Source: an uncultured archaeon
GTDB taxonomy: Archaea > Thermoproteota > EX4484-205 > JAAOZP01
DNA length: 64,000 nt
Direction: 5' to 3'
Assembly: GCA_938045545.1 (NCBI GenBank)
Contig: CALIBN010000012.1
Coordinates: forward strand, 1-64,000
In this document: piece after piece, positions 30,371-40,734 of the stretch
Position numbering within the stretch: position 1 is the stretch's first letter
How the letters are laid out: each line of letters starts with the position of its first letter
Made by a program: the position numbers and the translations under genes
The notes under the pieces: generated by a model
What the model was told of the DNA's origin: nothing
The model's input: only the letters and a program-made list of their open reading frames with translations
Databases searched by the model: none

Positions 30371-31426
30371 TCACGCCGGGTGTAGACCTGGGAAGGTTAA
30401 GCCTTCCCTCTCATCGAAACCGAAGATAATGTTGAAGCACTGGACAGCGTTTCCAGCAGCCCCCTTAACCAGGTTGTCTATGGCTGCGAACAGGATTACC
30501 CTGTTAGAGTCAGCGTCTATTTCGAAACCTATGTCGGCGAAGTTCGAGCCCATCAGGTACTTTGGATCAGGCAGGCCGTGCACCATCGTCGGATCCCTGA
30601 CGAGCCTTATAAACGGCTCCTTGTCGTAAGCCTGCCTGTAGCACCTCCACAGGTCTGGAAAGGACGGAAGCCTTCCGGATGGACGTGCGTGAACGGTTAC
30701 AAGTATCCCCCTCACAATGTTTACAGAATGCGGTGAGAAACCTATGACTATCCCTCCGCCAGCAGCGTTCGAAACCTCTTGAACTATCTCGGCAACATGC
30801 CTGTGCCCAGCCGGCTTATATGGCCTAACCACGTTATACCTCTCCGGATGGTATCCTTCTAAGGTTGGCGAGGAGCCGGCTCCCGACGAGCCTATTTTAG
30901 CATCTATGAATATCTGGCTCCTGTTTACCAGACCGTTCTTAACAGGGGGTACGAGTGCCAGTATGCTCGCCGAAGCCATGCAGCCCGGTACTGCTATCAG
31001 ACTAGCGGTCCTTATCTCGTCTCTGTGAAGCTCCGGCAGGCCGTAGACAGCCTTCTCCAGAAGCTCAGGGTAGGGATGTTTAAAACCGTACCATTTCTCG
31101 TAGGCAGAAGGATCTTTAAGCCTGAAATCCGCTCCCAAGTCTATCACCTTCAAACCCCTGTCGAGAAGCGTTTTAACCACGTGTGTAGACTGGCCATGTG
31201 GAAGTGCTGTGAAGACAACTTCAGCATTAGCCACGTTCTCAACCTTAGGCTCCACGAAGCTCATCTGGCAAACCTTCCTAAGGTTTGGATGAACCTTGTG
31301 AACAGGCATGCCGCTGAACCTCTTAGAAGTGGCCGCTGTGATTTCCACCCTACTATGTGATAGAAGTATTCTAAGCAGCTCTCCTCCGACATACCCGCTT
31401 GCCCCGTACACCGCTACTTTAACCAA
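30371..31426 (-). CDS. lysY: [LysW]-phosphate reductase (ArgC family)
   Basis: GASGYVG, DLGADFR, YGLPE, PGC, DNLVKGAAG. Confidence 0.92.
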   Translation of the reverse strand: MVKVAVYGASGYVGGELLRILLSHSRVEITAATSKRFSGMPVHKVHPNLRKVCQMSFVEPKVENVANAEVVFTALPHGQSTHVVKTLLDRGLKVIDLGADFRLKDPSAYEKWYGFKHPYPELLEKAVYGLPELHRDEIRTASLIAVPGCMASASILALVPPVKNGLVNRSQIFIDAKIGSSGAGSSPTLEGYHPERYNVVRPYKPAGHRHVAEIVQEVSNAAGGGIVIGFSPHSVNIVRGILVTVHARPSGRLPSFPDLWRCYRQAYDKEPFIRLVRDPTMVHGLPDPKYLMGSNFADIGFEIDADSNRVILFAAIDNLVKGAAGNAVQCFNIIFGFDEREGLTFPGLHPA

Positions 31427-31728
31427 CCTTACCTCCTAATCCTCCAAACTAGGTGTTTAAGAATCTTTTTCTCCTCCGTCGCACAGTAGGACATATTTTC
31501 TCCAGCGTGCTATAGGCTTCTCCGGGTTTAACAAGAGTCAGACGCGTGCTAGACTCAACCAATGGTTGTTTCACAACCTTTTCGGATTAGACACGCAAGC
31601 CATCCGCGTAGCGCAAGCTAAAACGGGATTCTAGTGGAGTGAGCAGAAGCTTTTGCTAGACTATATTCAAACATTGGTCACTCCCTATCTTCATGAAATG
31701 TAAACAGTGAATATGGATAGGGGAACAT

Positions 31729-32133
31729 TTAGAATGGACACTTAGCTTGATTCAATCCCAAGTACACGTAAACCTCATCGTATCCCACGTCAACATCATT
31801 AATTTTAAGCTCCTCAATGCTCCCCCGCAACTCGTAGCCGACAACCCCTTCAGCAATACCCCTCTTTATGATTTCACAAACCAAGGATTTGACGTAATCC
31901 CTCAGAACCTCGAAGCCGAGGTCGCAAATCGCCTCTATAATCACCTTGTTCGCTGGTTTAGATTTGAGCTCGCACAGCAAGCGGGTCTCTGGGACGAATA
32001 CAACCTCTTTGCCTTTAGCCACGCTACTTACTCTCGGATCGTTAATGAACCTGCTGGCAATAGCCTCTTCACGTTTCTTAAACTCTTCCTCTATTTCCTC
32101 GATGGGCTTGTGGTGCTGCACGGCTTGCGACAC
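31729..32133 (-). CDS. hypothetical protein
   Basis: 134 aa protein-like ORF. Confidence 0.5.
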   Translation of the reverse strand: MSQAVQHHKPIEEIEEEFKKREEAIASRFINDPRVSSVAKGKEVVFVPETRLLCELKSKPANKVIIEAICDLGFEVLRDYVKSLVCEIIKRGIAEGVVGYELRGSIEELKINDVDVGYDEVYVYLGLNQAKCPF

Positions 32134-32442
32134 GACATCATCATGCAGCGCGATTGTGACGAAGTCAACCTTAGTTTCTCTTCAGCTAAGTGCTACTTGA
32201 AATAGGCCCTCAGCCAAGCTTCCAACGCTTTTAGGGTCGCTCGTATATGCATCGATGAAATAAAAAATCCACTTATTTCTCTCTCGCGCCATGACTCCAA
32301 TACAGCACTCTTTCGTATTCTCCGTCCACCTTCTGGCTACATATTTTTTCGCAATTAGTCCTAACGTCTTCAATTTTTTCACCCCAACCCCATACCCTTG
32401 CCGATTTGCTCATTTCCTATATCTTCCCTCTCTGCTTCCCTT

Positions 32443-33383
32443 TTAATCTTCCCTCTCCTTCTTCTTTCTTTTCTCTTCATAAATTTGTTTCATAAGCTCA
32501 AACTTTTCCTGATGGCTTGGCTTTTCAGATCCTATCTCCTCTAGGAATCTTAAGTGTTCCTCTTCAGGGATTCTAAAATAGTAATAGGTTCTATCATCCT
32601 TATGATACTCGTGGATTTCAAGGGGATGAAAACCTAAATCTTCGAGAAGGTTCCTTATCTCCTCTAATCCCTCCTTGTACTTAGAGTCAAAACGTATCCT
32701 ATTCTGAGTCCTATCATACTCCATAGCAACACCATCATCTCCCGTGAAAAAGCCCCTGAGATAGGCCCTCGCGCCCTTTAAGTCCAAGTGTTCTTTTTGC
32801 ACATGGAACTCATAAGGTGACGGTCCCTTAATTCCGAGACTCCATAGGTCAAAATATATACTCCTGTCCTCTATTTCTTCAGAGTAGTGAGGGATTAGGG
32901 TGGTTCATACCTGTATCCATGTGGTCTCATGATAAATTTCCTCAAATAGTTCTTCATAATGCTTGGCCACTTCTTCGTCTGCTGAGGAGAGATATACACG
33001 GTAGTGGCGGTAGTTTTCATTCATATGGAGACCACCATCCGACGCTATTAAGCCACAGAGTTCCGCTTTTTCAGGAGCAAGTATTTCTCTAATGCCCCCT
33101 TCGGATACCTCTAGATATATCTCCTGCTTAACTCAAAGAGGATTCTGTCATCTTGAATTATGGATTCCTTAAATACTCCTATAACTTCCTCCCCTGTAAG
33201 CAGCTCACGTCCTTTCTCTGTTCCTTGTACTTCATATTCTTCAAAGGTTGCAATAATGTGAGAAACATCATTTTCATCTTCTCTGCATTGAAGTTCAGCT
33301 CCCTCTTCAAATGCTCCTTCATACTCTATCTCGCCCACGAAAAACCTTTCTTTCCATTGCCCTACTCTTGTTCCACCGCCCAT
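32443..33383 (-). pseudogene. N-terminal domain plus double LAGLIDADG endonuclease, frameshifted
   Basis: PEKAELCGLIASDG (~33030-33075) and RAYLRGFFTGDDG (~32730-32770) are separated by frameshifts and stops. Confidence 0.75.
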
Positions 33384-34386
33384 TACTTTCTCTTCAACCT
33401 CTCTTTTTGAAAGGTCCTCTGCATATCTAACAGGTTGTGAAGGACCAGTATCCTAAAACCTGCTTCCTTATGGTTGAACATAAGATCAATAATCTCCTGA
33501 GGCATCATCCCCTTACAGACTTCACAATTGCATTCTTCAAACCTAACCTCTGAATCATTAAGCATTAATGGTATCCCGTTCCTAAAATAGAGCCCGTGCT
33601 TTGCGTCTAGAAACCATGAAAGATTACTGTAACTCAATGGTTCATATTTTAGCTTCCTACTCACTCCGTATATGATTAGCTCAAAATTAGTCCTAAGCCT
33701 TCTTGAAGCCCTCTTTAGACTCCATAGGGCGTTCTCAACGGGATTGTTGGAAAAGAAGAGCTTAGTTGACCTTCTCTAAAAAGCTCCCTCGCGGGCATGG
33801 CGAATGAAACATAACCCATTTCCATCTGCTTCCTAACTACTAAATCTATTTGCAGAGCATTAGCACCCTTAACCAGACCTATTAGAGGTATATCCAGTTT
33901 AAGGAAGTCGTTTGCAAAGGATATGAGACGGAAGGTTTGCGACCAAGATAGGAACAAGGGGTCGTCACTATAAGTATAGTTGTCCGGGATCATGGTAGCA
34001 TCGGGCCTAAGATCCTCGATTAGCTTAAGGTAATCTTTAGTGGATAGCTTATCGATGAGCTCGTCAGGCATAACCAAGGATAGAAAGATTCTTCCATTGA
34101 ACCCTAACTAATCATGTAGCCCCCTTAAAGCCTCATTCGATACCTTTTTGTGAAGTAGAATCTCTCCAAAAGAGACGAAAATCGCTGGGAATTCAATACC
34201 GTGCTTCCAGAACCAAGATCTGGAATCGGTAATATCAATTCTTGGAACAAACTCTCGAAAGCCAACTATAGTCATGGGTTTTCTACCCAGATGCGGAAGC
34301 TGAACCGGAGTCCTATCACTGGTCCTAAACGGACAGTAGGTCTTAAGCCTACAGAAGATCTTGGAGAAGTTATTCCACTATAACAT
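33383..34386 (-). pseudogene. tRNA-guanine transglycosylase (TGT)-fold protein, disrupted
   Basis: GLHD*LGFNGRIFLS, PDNYTYSDDP, IGLVKG, CNCEVC...LHNL zinc site; internal TAG and a frameshift near 33730. Confidence 0.65.
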
Positions 34387-34396
34387 ATGCCTCTTT

Positions 34397-34501
34397 TTAC
34401 ACGAGAGCGCAAGACAACCGGCTGAGACCGTGACAAAGATCCTTAGCGAAGTAGAAACAGTTTTTACAGTCGAGCCCGCATGGCGCCCTCCTCTTCATCA
34501 T
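34397..34501 (-). pseudogene. Cys-rich DUF3795-like N-terminal fragment
   Basis: MMKRRAPCGLDCKNCFYFAKDLCHG, truncated beside GCGC at 34407. Confidence 0.5.
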
Positions 34502-34561
34502 CTTCCTTCTGAAATAATGCTCGTCTTGCTTTAAAAGATGAACTGTAATTCTGTGACAGGC

Positions 34562-35416
34562 TCATTTTCTCATTTTGGACACAAGGTACTTGAGAATCTT
34601 CTCTGGAATGTTAATGCCGGTGGCCTCCATGCTTCCCCTGAACTCAGGCGTAGGATTAACCTCGTTAACAACATAGCCCTCTTTAGGGCTTTCCATCACG
34701 TCGATCCCTACTATTTCTCCACCTACCGCTTTGGATGCTTTAAGCACTACTTCGGAAAGCTCGTCGGTGACCTCTGCCTTCTCGCTTTTTCCGCCTATAG
34801 CTATGTTTGTCTTCCACTGGTCTGGTGGGGAAACCCTGTATATTGCGGAAACAACCTCGTCCCCTATTACCGTGGCCCTAATATCTCGGCCAGGCTTCTC
34901 AACATACTCCTGGACGTAGAACACCTGGTAGAGCGGAAACATGTATAAACGGTCTTCAAGCACTGCTTCAGCAGTATACCTGTCCTTTATAAGGGAGATT
35001 AGTCTTCCCCAGCTTCCTATGACGGGTTTCAACACCGCCGGGTAGCCTGTCTTGCTGAAGGAGTCTAGGGCAGACTGGTAGGAGAAGGAAACTACCGTGA
35101 AAGGGGTTTTCACGTTGTTCTTAATGAGCTCAACCGTTGTGAAGAGCTTGTTGCCAGCTATCTGCAGTGTTTTGAAGGAGCTTACCGACGTTATTCCAAT
35201 CCCTTCAAGGTAGCTTGAGAAATGGAGCGATTTAAAGTAGGATACGCATCTCAGGAGGGCCGTGTCAACATCCTGGAGCTCAGGAACCCTCCTGCCGAGT
35301 GTGAATGAATACTCGTCGACGTTTAGCTTTTTGAATGGTATTGAAAGGTTTTCAGCGACTTTGAAAAGCTCCTTCTCTTCAAACCTTATCTGGTCATAAA
35401 AAATGCTTAAAGGCAA
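34562..35416 (-). CDS. lysX: LysX/ArgX ATP-grasp ligase
   Basis: KPVIGSWGR, YVQEYV, RDIR, WKTNIAIGG, NEVN..PEF. Confidence 0.93.
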   Translation of the reverse strand: MPLSIFYDQIRFEEKELFKVAENLSIPFKKLNVDEYSFTLGRRVPELQDVDTALLRCVSYFKSLHFSSYLEGIGITSVSSFKTLQIAGNKLFTTVELIKNNVKTPFTVVSFSYQSALDSFSKTGYPAVLKPVIGSWGRLISLIKDRYTAEAVLEDRLYMFPLYQVFYVQEYVEKPGRDIRATVIGDEVVSAIYRVSPPDQWKTNIAIGGKSEKAEVTDELSEVVLKASKAVGGEIVGIDVMESPKEGYVVNEVNPTPEFRGSMEATGINIPEKILKYLVSKMRK

Positions 35417-35425
35417 TTTCTACGC

Positions 35426-35617
35426 CTACTCGCCCCAGTCTTCGCCTGAGAGCTGAATCTTCCTCGTCTTAACCGTGCCGCCGCTTATCTCTATTATCTC
35501 AAGGTCTGACCCGCACTCTGGGCAGGTCACTACTTCACCCACTATCGCGTCATCAGGGACTTCGAACACCGCTAAGCATTCCTCGCATTCCGTCTTCATG
35601 AGTGTTGAAGATTCCAC
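35426..35617 (-). CDS. lysW: amino-group carrier protein LysW
   Basis: CEEC...CPECG zinc site and C-terminal EDWGE. Confidence 0.97.
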   Translation of the reverse strand: MESSTLMKTECEECLAVFEVPDDAIVGEVVTCPECGSDLEIIEISGGTVKTRKIQLSGEDWGE

Positions 35618-35635
35618 ATGTTCCTGCTTATAAAT

Positions 35636-36835
35636 TTAGCTTTTACGATAACGCACCTCGTTCGCCCTCACGGTTGAAAGACCCCAGAGCTGTATGAAAC
35701 CGTCCGCCAAGGTCTGGTCGAACCTTGACAGTGACGAGTAGGTTGCTCTCTTCTCATCGTAGAGCGATTTCGCAGAGCGTCTCCCAACGATTAACGCCTC
35801 ACCTTTAAACAGTTTAACCCTAACCTCGCCATCAACATTCTCCTGCGTGAAGTCTATGAATGCTTCAATAGCCCTTCTTAAAGGCTCGAACCACAGCCCT
35901 GAGTAGACGAGCCAAGCCCATGTCGCTTCAAGCCTCCTCTTCTCCTCCAGCTCAAGCCTTGTTAACACGAGTTTCTCAAGATCCTGATGCGCCCTTATTA
36001 TGGTTAACGCTGCAGGAGCCTCATAGACTTCTCTGGACTTTATTCCAACCACGCGATCCTCCATGTGGTCTATCCTGCCGAAGCCGTGTGACCCAGCCAC
36101 CCTGTTAACCCGGAGTATTAATTCAACAGGGTCAAGCTTCTCCCCGTTCAGTCTTGTCGGAACACCCTTGTTGAACTCAAGAATCAAGTACTCCGGCTCA
36201 CCCGGGGCCTCAGATACCGGTCTGCTCCAGACGAATGCCTCCTCAGGGGGCTCAACCCACGGGTCCTCAAGCTCACCGCCCTCAATGGACCTGCTCCAAA
36301 GATTGTCGTCTATGCTGAACCTGCTTTTCCCACGGTCCATTTTAACACCCTTCTTCTCCAAGTATTCAACCTCTCCATCTCTGCTTAATCCCCATTCCCT
36401 GACGGGCGCGAGGATTCTAAGCCTAGGGTTCAGCGACCTTATTGACACTTCGAACCTAACCTGGTCGTTACCCTTCCCGGTGCAGCCGTGGGCAACTGTT
36501 GAAGCACCTTTTTTCTCAGCCACCTCGACGATCTTTGATGCTATCAGGGGTCTTGAAAGAGAAGTGCCCATTGGATAAACACCCTCGTATAGGCCGTTAG
36601 CCTTAATAGCTCTTAAAACATATTGTTCAACAAACTCTCTCCTAGCGTCTATTTTAACAACCTCTGCTGCGCCAAGCCTCTCAGCCCTTTCAACAGCGGC
36701 CTCAAAATCCTCTTTCTGGCCGACGTCGACGAGGACGGCGATAACATCCATGCCGTATTTCTCCCCTATCCAAGGTATCATGACTGAAGTGTCTAAACCT
36801 CCTGAATACGCCAGCACGCATGTCTCTTTCAACAC
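35636..36835 (-). CDS. argG: argininosuccinate synthase
   Basis: LAYSGGLDTS, HGCTGKGNDQVRF, GIKSREVYEAPA. Confidence 0.97.
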   Translation of the reverse strand: MLKETCVLAYSGGLDTSVMIPWIGEKYGMDVIAVLVDVGQKEDFEAAVERAERLGAAEVVKIDARREFVEQYVLRAIKANGLYEGVYPMGTSLSRPLIASKIVEVAEKKGASTVAHGCTGKGNDQVRFEVSIRSLNPRLRILAPVREWGLSRDGEVEYLEKKGVKMDRGKSRFSIDDNLWSRSIEGGELEDPWVEPPEEAFVWSRPVSEAPGEPEYLILEFNKGVPTRLNGEKLDPVELILRVNRVAGSHGFGRIDHMEDRVVGIKSREVYEAPAALTIIRAHQDLEKLVLTRLELEEKRRLEATWAWLVYSGLWFEPLRRAIEAFIDFTQENVDGEVRVKLFKGEALIVGRRSAKSLYDEKRATYSSLSRFDQTLADGFIQLWGLSTVRANEVRYRKS

Positions 36836-36895
36836 GAACCACTGTTTTCCGGCTGCAAAAAAATCTTTTTAAGAGTTTCCCTACGCGTAGGAGTT

Positions 36896-38716
36896 ATGAA
36901 GAGGCTTAGGGGAGCAGTTGCAAGCAGCGCGACGATACTGCTTATAATCATGCTTGTTGCAGCTGTATACTTGCCTCTACGGGTTTCAGCCGAGCCGGAG
37001 CTAAGCATCCCGCTTTACAGGAGCCCGAGGATAGACGGGGTTGTTTCAGCAGGCGAGTATCCTGTTGAACAGCTCAGCCTACCATGGGGGAAGGCGTATA
37101 CTGTCCATAATGAAAGCTACCTGTTTTTCGCACTAGTTTTGAACAACGCTTGCAGGACGGTTGACCTCCTTTTTAACGCTGGTGTTTTAAACAGCACTGT
37201 CCTCACGGTCAGCACGACGAGATATGCTGTGAACAGGTCGGGCGTGTTAAGATACTTCTACGGGCACGGGGAGGATTGGCTTGAGGAGGCTGCGGGCAAC
37301 ATAGTCCTAAGGGTTGTTAACGGAACTGTTTCCTGGACTATTGAACTGGCCATACCGTTATCGAAGCTGGACGTTTATCCTAACACGCCTAGAACACTAG
37401 GGTTCGCCCTGATCGCCTCCGGAGTAGGGGTTAACTATTCTTGGCCTGCTGGCGCTCTTCTCAGCAACCCGTCCAGCTGGGGCGTTGCCTCCTCTCCTGA
37501 CAACTGGGCGACTAGGTGCGACGTCGCGCTTGAAGGAGTCTACCTGGATAAGAAGAGCCTCATCGCAGGCTCCAACTTGACTCTCATCCTGGTTTTAAGA
37601 AACAAGGGGGACGCGGCTATTCCGGACTATTTGATAACCATCATGCTTGACGATGCTTTGATCGCAAACAATACTGGCAGCCAGCTTGGGCTCAAAACCC
37701 CTATGGTTGAATCAGACTGGGTGCGCTTTGAGAGGATTATCTCCAACGTTACCGAGGGCAGCCACGTTGTAAAAGTATGGGTTAAAGCGCTTAACGTGTT
37801 TCACGACTCGGATGAAGATAATAATTTCGACCAGGCTAGTTTCACAGCCAGGCTTGCCAAGATAAGCGTGTTCAGCACGCCCGGTGTGACGGTTGAGCTG
37901 GATGGTGAAAGCCAGATAATAACAGATGAAAACGGGGTGGTTTTCTACACTACGTATGGCGTCAAGACCCTTAGGGCACAGGAAATACATCGTCCTACTG
38001 AAGGTGTTAGATACGTGTTCACCGGATGGAAGCAGGAAGGCTCAAAAACTTTTTCTCCACAGCTAGCATTGACTGTTGAAGGAGACCTTAAGCTGACAGC
38101 AGAGTATAGGAAGGAATACCTGGTTAACCTGAGCTTCGTTGATAAGGATAATGCTCCGCTACAACCATCATTCTACCTTTGCACGCTTCCTAACAACACT
38201 GTTTACAACGGGACTTTAAGAGGCTTCTGGGTAACAGGGGGAGACCTTAGGCTGACGATGGTTAAATACGCAGGGTTGAACGTTCTCGACGAGGCTATGA
38301 TAGTCTATGTTAATGAGCCTAAGGAGATCAGGGTTTCGTGCAATGTTGTAAGCGGATCCGTGAAAGTGGTCGACCCCTTTTCAATGCCCATAGAGGGTGC
38401 TGAGGTGAAGGTGGTCTTCACGAATAATACTCAGGCCAAGTATGTCACCGGGTCGGGCGGCACCGTTAACATAAGCAGGGTTGCCGGTGGGGAGCTGACG
38501 CTCACAGTAACCAACCTGGGATACTCGGCGACTGTTAAGGTAAGCTTCCTGACGGAGAGAGAGGTAACCATAAGGATACCCATGTCGCTGAACGTGGTTC
38601 TCATAATAATCGGAGCCTTTTTAATAGTGGTTATAATCATAGTGTTTAAAATTCTTCGCACGAGAGAAAGGCTGGCTCCGAGGAAGCCTGAAGAATACGA
38701 GTTTGAAGAACTATAG
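36896..38716 (+). CDS. membrane-anchored surface protein (CBM9/DOMON-like, CARDB-like and beta-sandwich domains)
   Basis: Signal peptide, PRIDGVVSAGEY, WTIELAIPL, DSDEDNN, C-terminal TM helix. Confidence 0.7.
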   Translation: MKRLRGAVASSATILLIIMLVAAVYLPLRVSAEPELSIPLYRSPRIDGVVSAGEYPVEQLSLPWGKAYTVHNESYLFFALVLNNACRTVDLLFNAGVLNSTVLTVSTTRYAVNRSGVLRYFYGHGEDWLEEAAGNIVLRVVNGTVSWTIELAIPLSKLDVYPNTPRTLGFALIASGVGVNYSWPAGALLSNPSSWGVASSPDNWATRCDVALEGVYLDKKSLIAGSNLTLILVLRNKGDAAIPDYLITIMLDDALIANNTGSQLGLKTPMVESDWVRFERIISNVTEGSHVVKVWVKALNVFHDSDEDNNFDQASFTARLAKISVFSTPGVTVELDGESQIITDENGVVFYTTYGVKTLRAQEIHRPTEGVRYVFTGWKQEGSKTFSPQLALTVEGDLKLTAEYRKEYLVNLSFVDKDNAPLQPSFYLCTLPNNTVYNGTLRGFWVTGGDLRLTMVKYAGLNVLDEAMIVYVNEPKEIRVSCNVVSGSVKVVDPFSMPIEGAEVKVVFTNNTQAKYVTGSGGTVNISRVAGGELTLTVTNLGYSATVKVSFLTEREVTIRIPMSLNVVLIIIGAFLIVVIIIVFKILRTRERLAPRKPEEYEFEEL

Positions 38717-38732
38717 TGTCAAGCCGCTGTCT

Positions 38733-38993
38733 TCACTCCTCCTTCAAACCATCGGAGGAGCCTAGCGTCTCTTCGAAGAACCTGCGGAGGTCTTCAAGCG
38801 GCGTCAGCTCAAGCGAGCCTTCAAGGGGAGGCTCGCCGGTAATAATCTGGCCCCCAGCTTGGTCATACGTTAGCCTAAGGGTTTCAAGGTTTTTCAGATC
38901 TGTTTCACCCGTAATAGTCAGGTATGCGAGCCTCACCAGGACCTCGGCGTCTAGAAGTATGCGAGACTGCTTACGCGGCAACCTGTTTTTCAA
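38733..38993 (-). CDS. hypothetical protein
   Basis: 86 aa ORF only. Confidence 0.35.
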   Translation of the reverse strand: MKNRLPRKQSRILLDAEVLVRLAYLTITGETDLKNLETLRLTYDQAGGQIITGEPPLEGSLELTPLEDLRRFFEETLGSSDGLKEE

Positions 38994-39168
38994 AGCTCCT
39001 GAAAACGTATAAAAATCTTTTATTCTCCAGTTCTCCCATCTCGCCTTTCAAGTATGAAGGGTTTAAAGTAGTTATTACGAGTATAAAATACGATTGCAGA
39101 GAAGTACTATTCATGTCGCGAAGAGTTATTAAGAAGAGTTTGAAAACAATAAGAGACAGCATATAAAA

Positions 39169-40680
39169 ATGAGTTTAGTTCTCACGATCGATGTCGGCAG
39201 TACTAATATGAAAGGCCTTGTTATAAATAATGATGGAAAAGTTGTTGAGAGGAGAATTCATGAGTTAACGCTTCACTTGGAAAACAGGTTTGCCGGGCAC
39301 GAGCCGAAAGAACTTTTAGAGTCTTTCACCTACATGCTGGATTATTTTGGCAAAAAGTATGGGAGAAGCATTGAAGCAATATCAGTTACGACTTACAATC
39401 ATAGCATGCTGCTCGCAGACAAGGATGGGACACCCTTAACTAAAGTGATAACGCACCACGATACTAGGGCAGCAGAGGTTGAAAAAGAGATACTGGAAAA
39501 AGCTAATCCTTATGAACTATACGAGGAAACCGGGGCTCCTCCAATATTTGTATTCATGCCGTACAAGCTTTATTGGTTCATCAAAAAGGAACCTAGTGTT
39601 TTTAAAGAAGCCAAATATCTTTTGTTTTGCAAGGATTACTTATTATGGAAGACTGGTTTAATAACGGAGCCGTATATAGATCTTGCCACAGCCAGTGGGG
39701 GCGGGGTCGTTAACCTCAGGAAACTTAAGTACAGTGAGAAAGTGCTTAACTTACTCGGTATAGATGAAAACAGGTTTCCAAGGCTTTGCGAAGGTGGAAG
39801 AATCTTCGACACCATCCCGTCTAAAGTTTGTGGAGAATACGGGTTTAATCCGGATGTGAAAATCGTCTTTGCAACGTTTGACGGCGCAGCACAGAATTTC
39901 GGCCTAGGCTTAACTGAAAAAGGCACTGTTTTAAACATCGGGAGCACTGGCGTTATTAGAAAGCTTTCTAGTAAAGTGGTTCTAGACAAGAGTTTGGAAA
40001 TGCGGCTCTTTACTTATTATGCGGCAAATGGGCTCTACGCCGTGGGAGGCGCTTCGAATAGTGGCGGAGACTGTTTAAGATGGTTCAGAGACAATTTCGG
40101 TCAGATGGAAACTCTAATCGGCAGCAGCATTGGCAAAGACCCTTACAGTATTCTCGACTTAGAAGCAGAAAAAGCATTTCCCGGTTCAGAGGGCCTTATC
40201 TTTCTACCTTTTCTCACTGGTGAAAGGTTTCCCTATAGAGACCCAAATTTAACAGGTGCTTTCCTCGGCATCTCCAGAAGATGCAGTAGAGCTCATTTTA
40301 TAAGGGCGATAATGGAGGGAGTAGGGTATGTCATTAGAGCGATCGCCGATGCGCTTTCGGAAAACTCGATATGCCTAGATGAAGTATACTTGGTGGGGGG
40401 AGGTTCAAAATCTAAATTGTGGGCGCAAATCCTTTCAGATGTTCTCGGTTGCGAGATTAACGTTGTAGCGACAGGCGAAGACGCTACCAATTACGGTGCA
40501 GCAGCATTAGCCTTTAACGCTTTAACTCTCTCCAGCATAGAGGAGTTTTCAAATAAATGGGTTAAAGTTAGGGAAAAAGTTGTGCCCATAGAGAAGAATA
40601 GAATTGTTTATGAAGAAAACTATGCTACTTTCCTTAAACTAGTTAAGCTGTTGAGAAGCGTTGGAAGAAAAGACTCTTGA
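39169..40680 (+). CDS. FGGY-family sugar kinase (gluconokinase-like)
   Basis: IDVGST, DGAA, GSTG, LPFLTGER, RAIMEGV, GGGSKS. Confidence 0.88.
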   Translation: MSLVLTIDVGSTNMKGLVINNDGKVVERRIHELTLHLENRFAGHEPKELLESFTYMLDYFGKKYGRSIEAISVTTYNHSMLLADKDGTPLTKVITHHDTRAAEVEKEILEKANPYELYEETGAPPIFVFMPYKLYWFIKKEPSVFKEAKYLLFCKDYLLWKTGLITEPYIDLATASGGGVVNLRKLKYSEKVLNLLGIDENRFPRLCEGGRIFDTIPSKVCGEYGFNPDVKIVFATFDGAAQNFGLGLTEKGTVLNIGSTGVIRKLSSKVVLDKSLEMRLFTYYAANGLYAVGGASNSGGDCLRWFRDNFGQMETLIGSSIGKDPYSILDLEAEKAFPGSEGLIFLPFLTGERFPYRDPNLTGAFLGISRRCSRAHFIRAIMEGVGYVIRAIADALSENSICLDEVYLVGGGSKSKLWAQILSDVLGCEINVVATGEDATNYGAAALAFNALTLSSIEEFSNKWVKVREKVVPIEKNRIVYEENYATFLKLVKLLRSVGRKDS

Positions 40681-40734
40681 AAAATAAAGATAAAACTTAT
40701 ATAGTTTAGATTTTTACTTGGTAAGGGCATAATC

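Larger units (their letters stand above)
31535..34410. mobile_element. decayed accessory island between lysX and lysY
   Basis: Lower GC, pseudogenes, GCGC-type motifs at both edges; no integrase seen. Confidence 0.55.
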
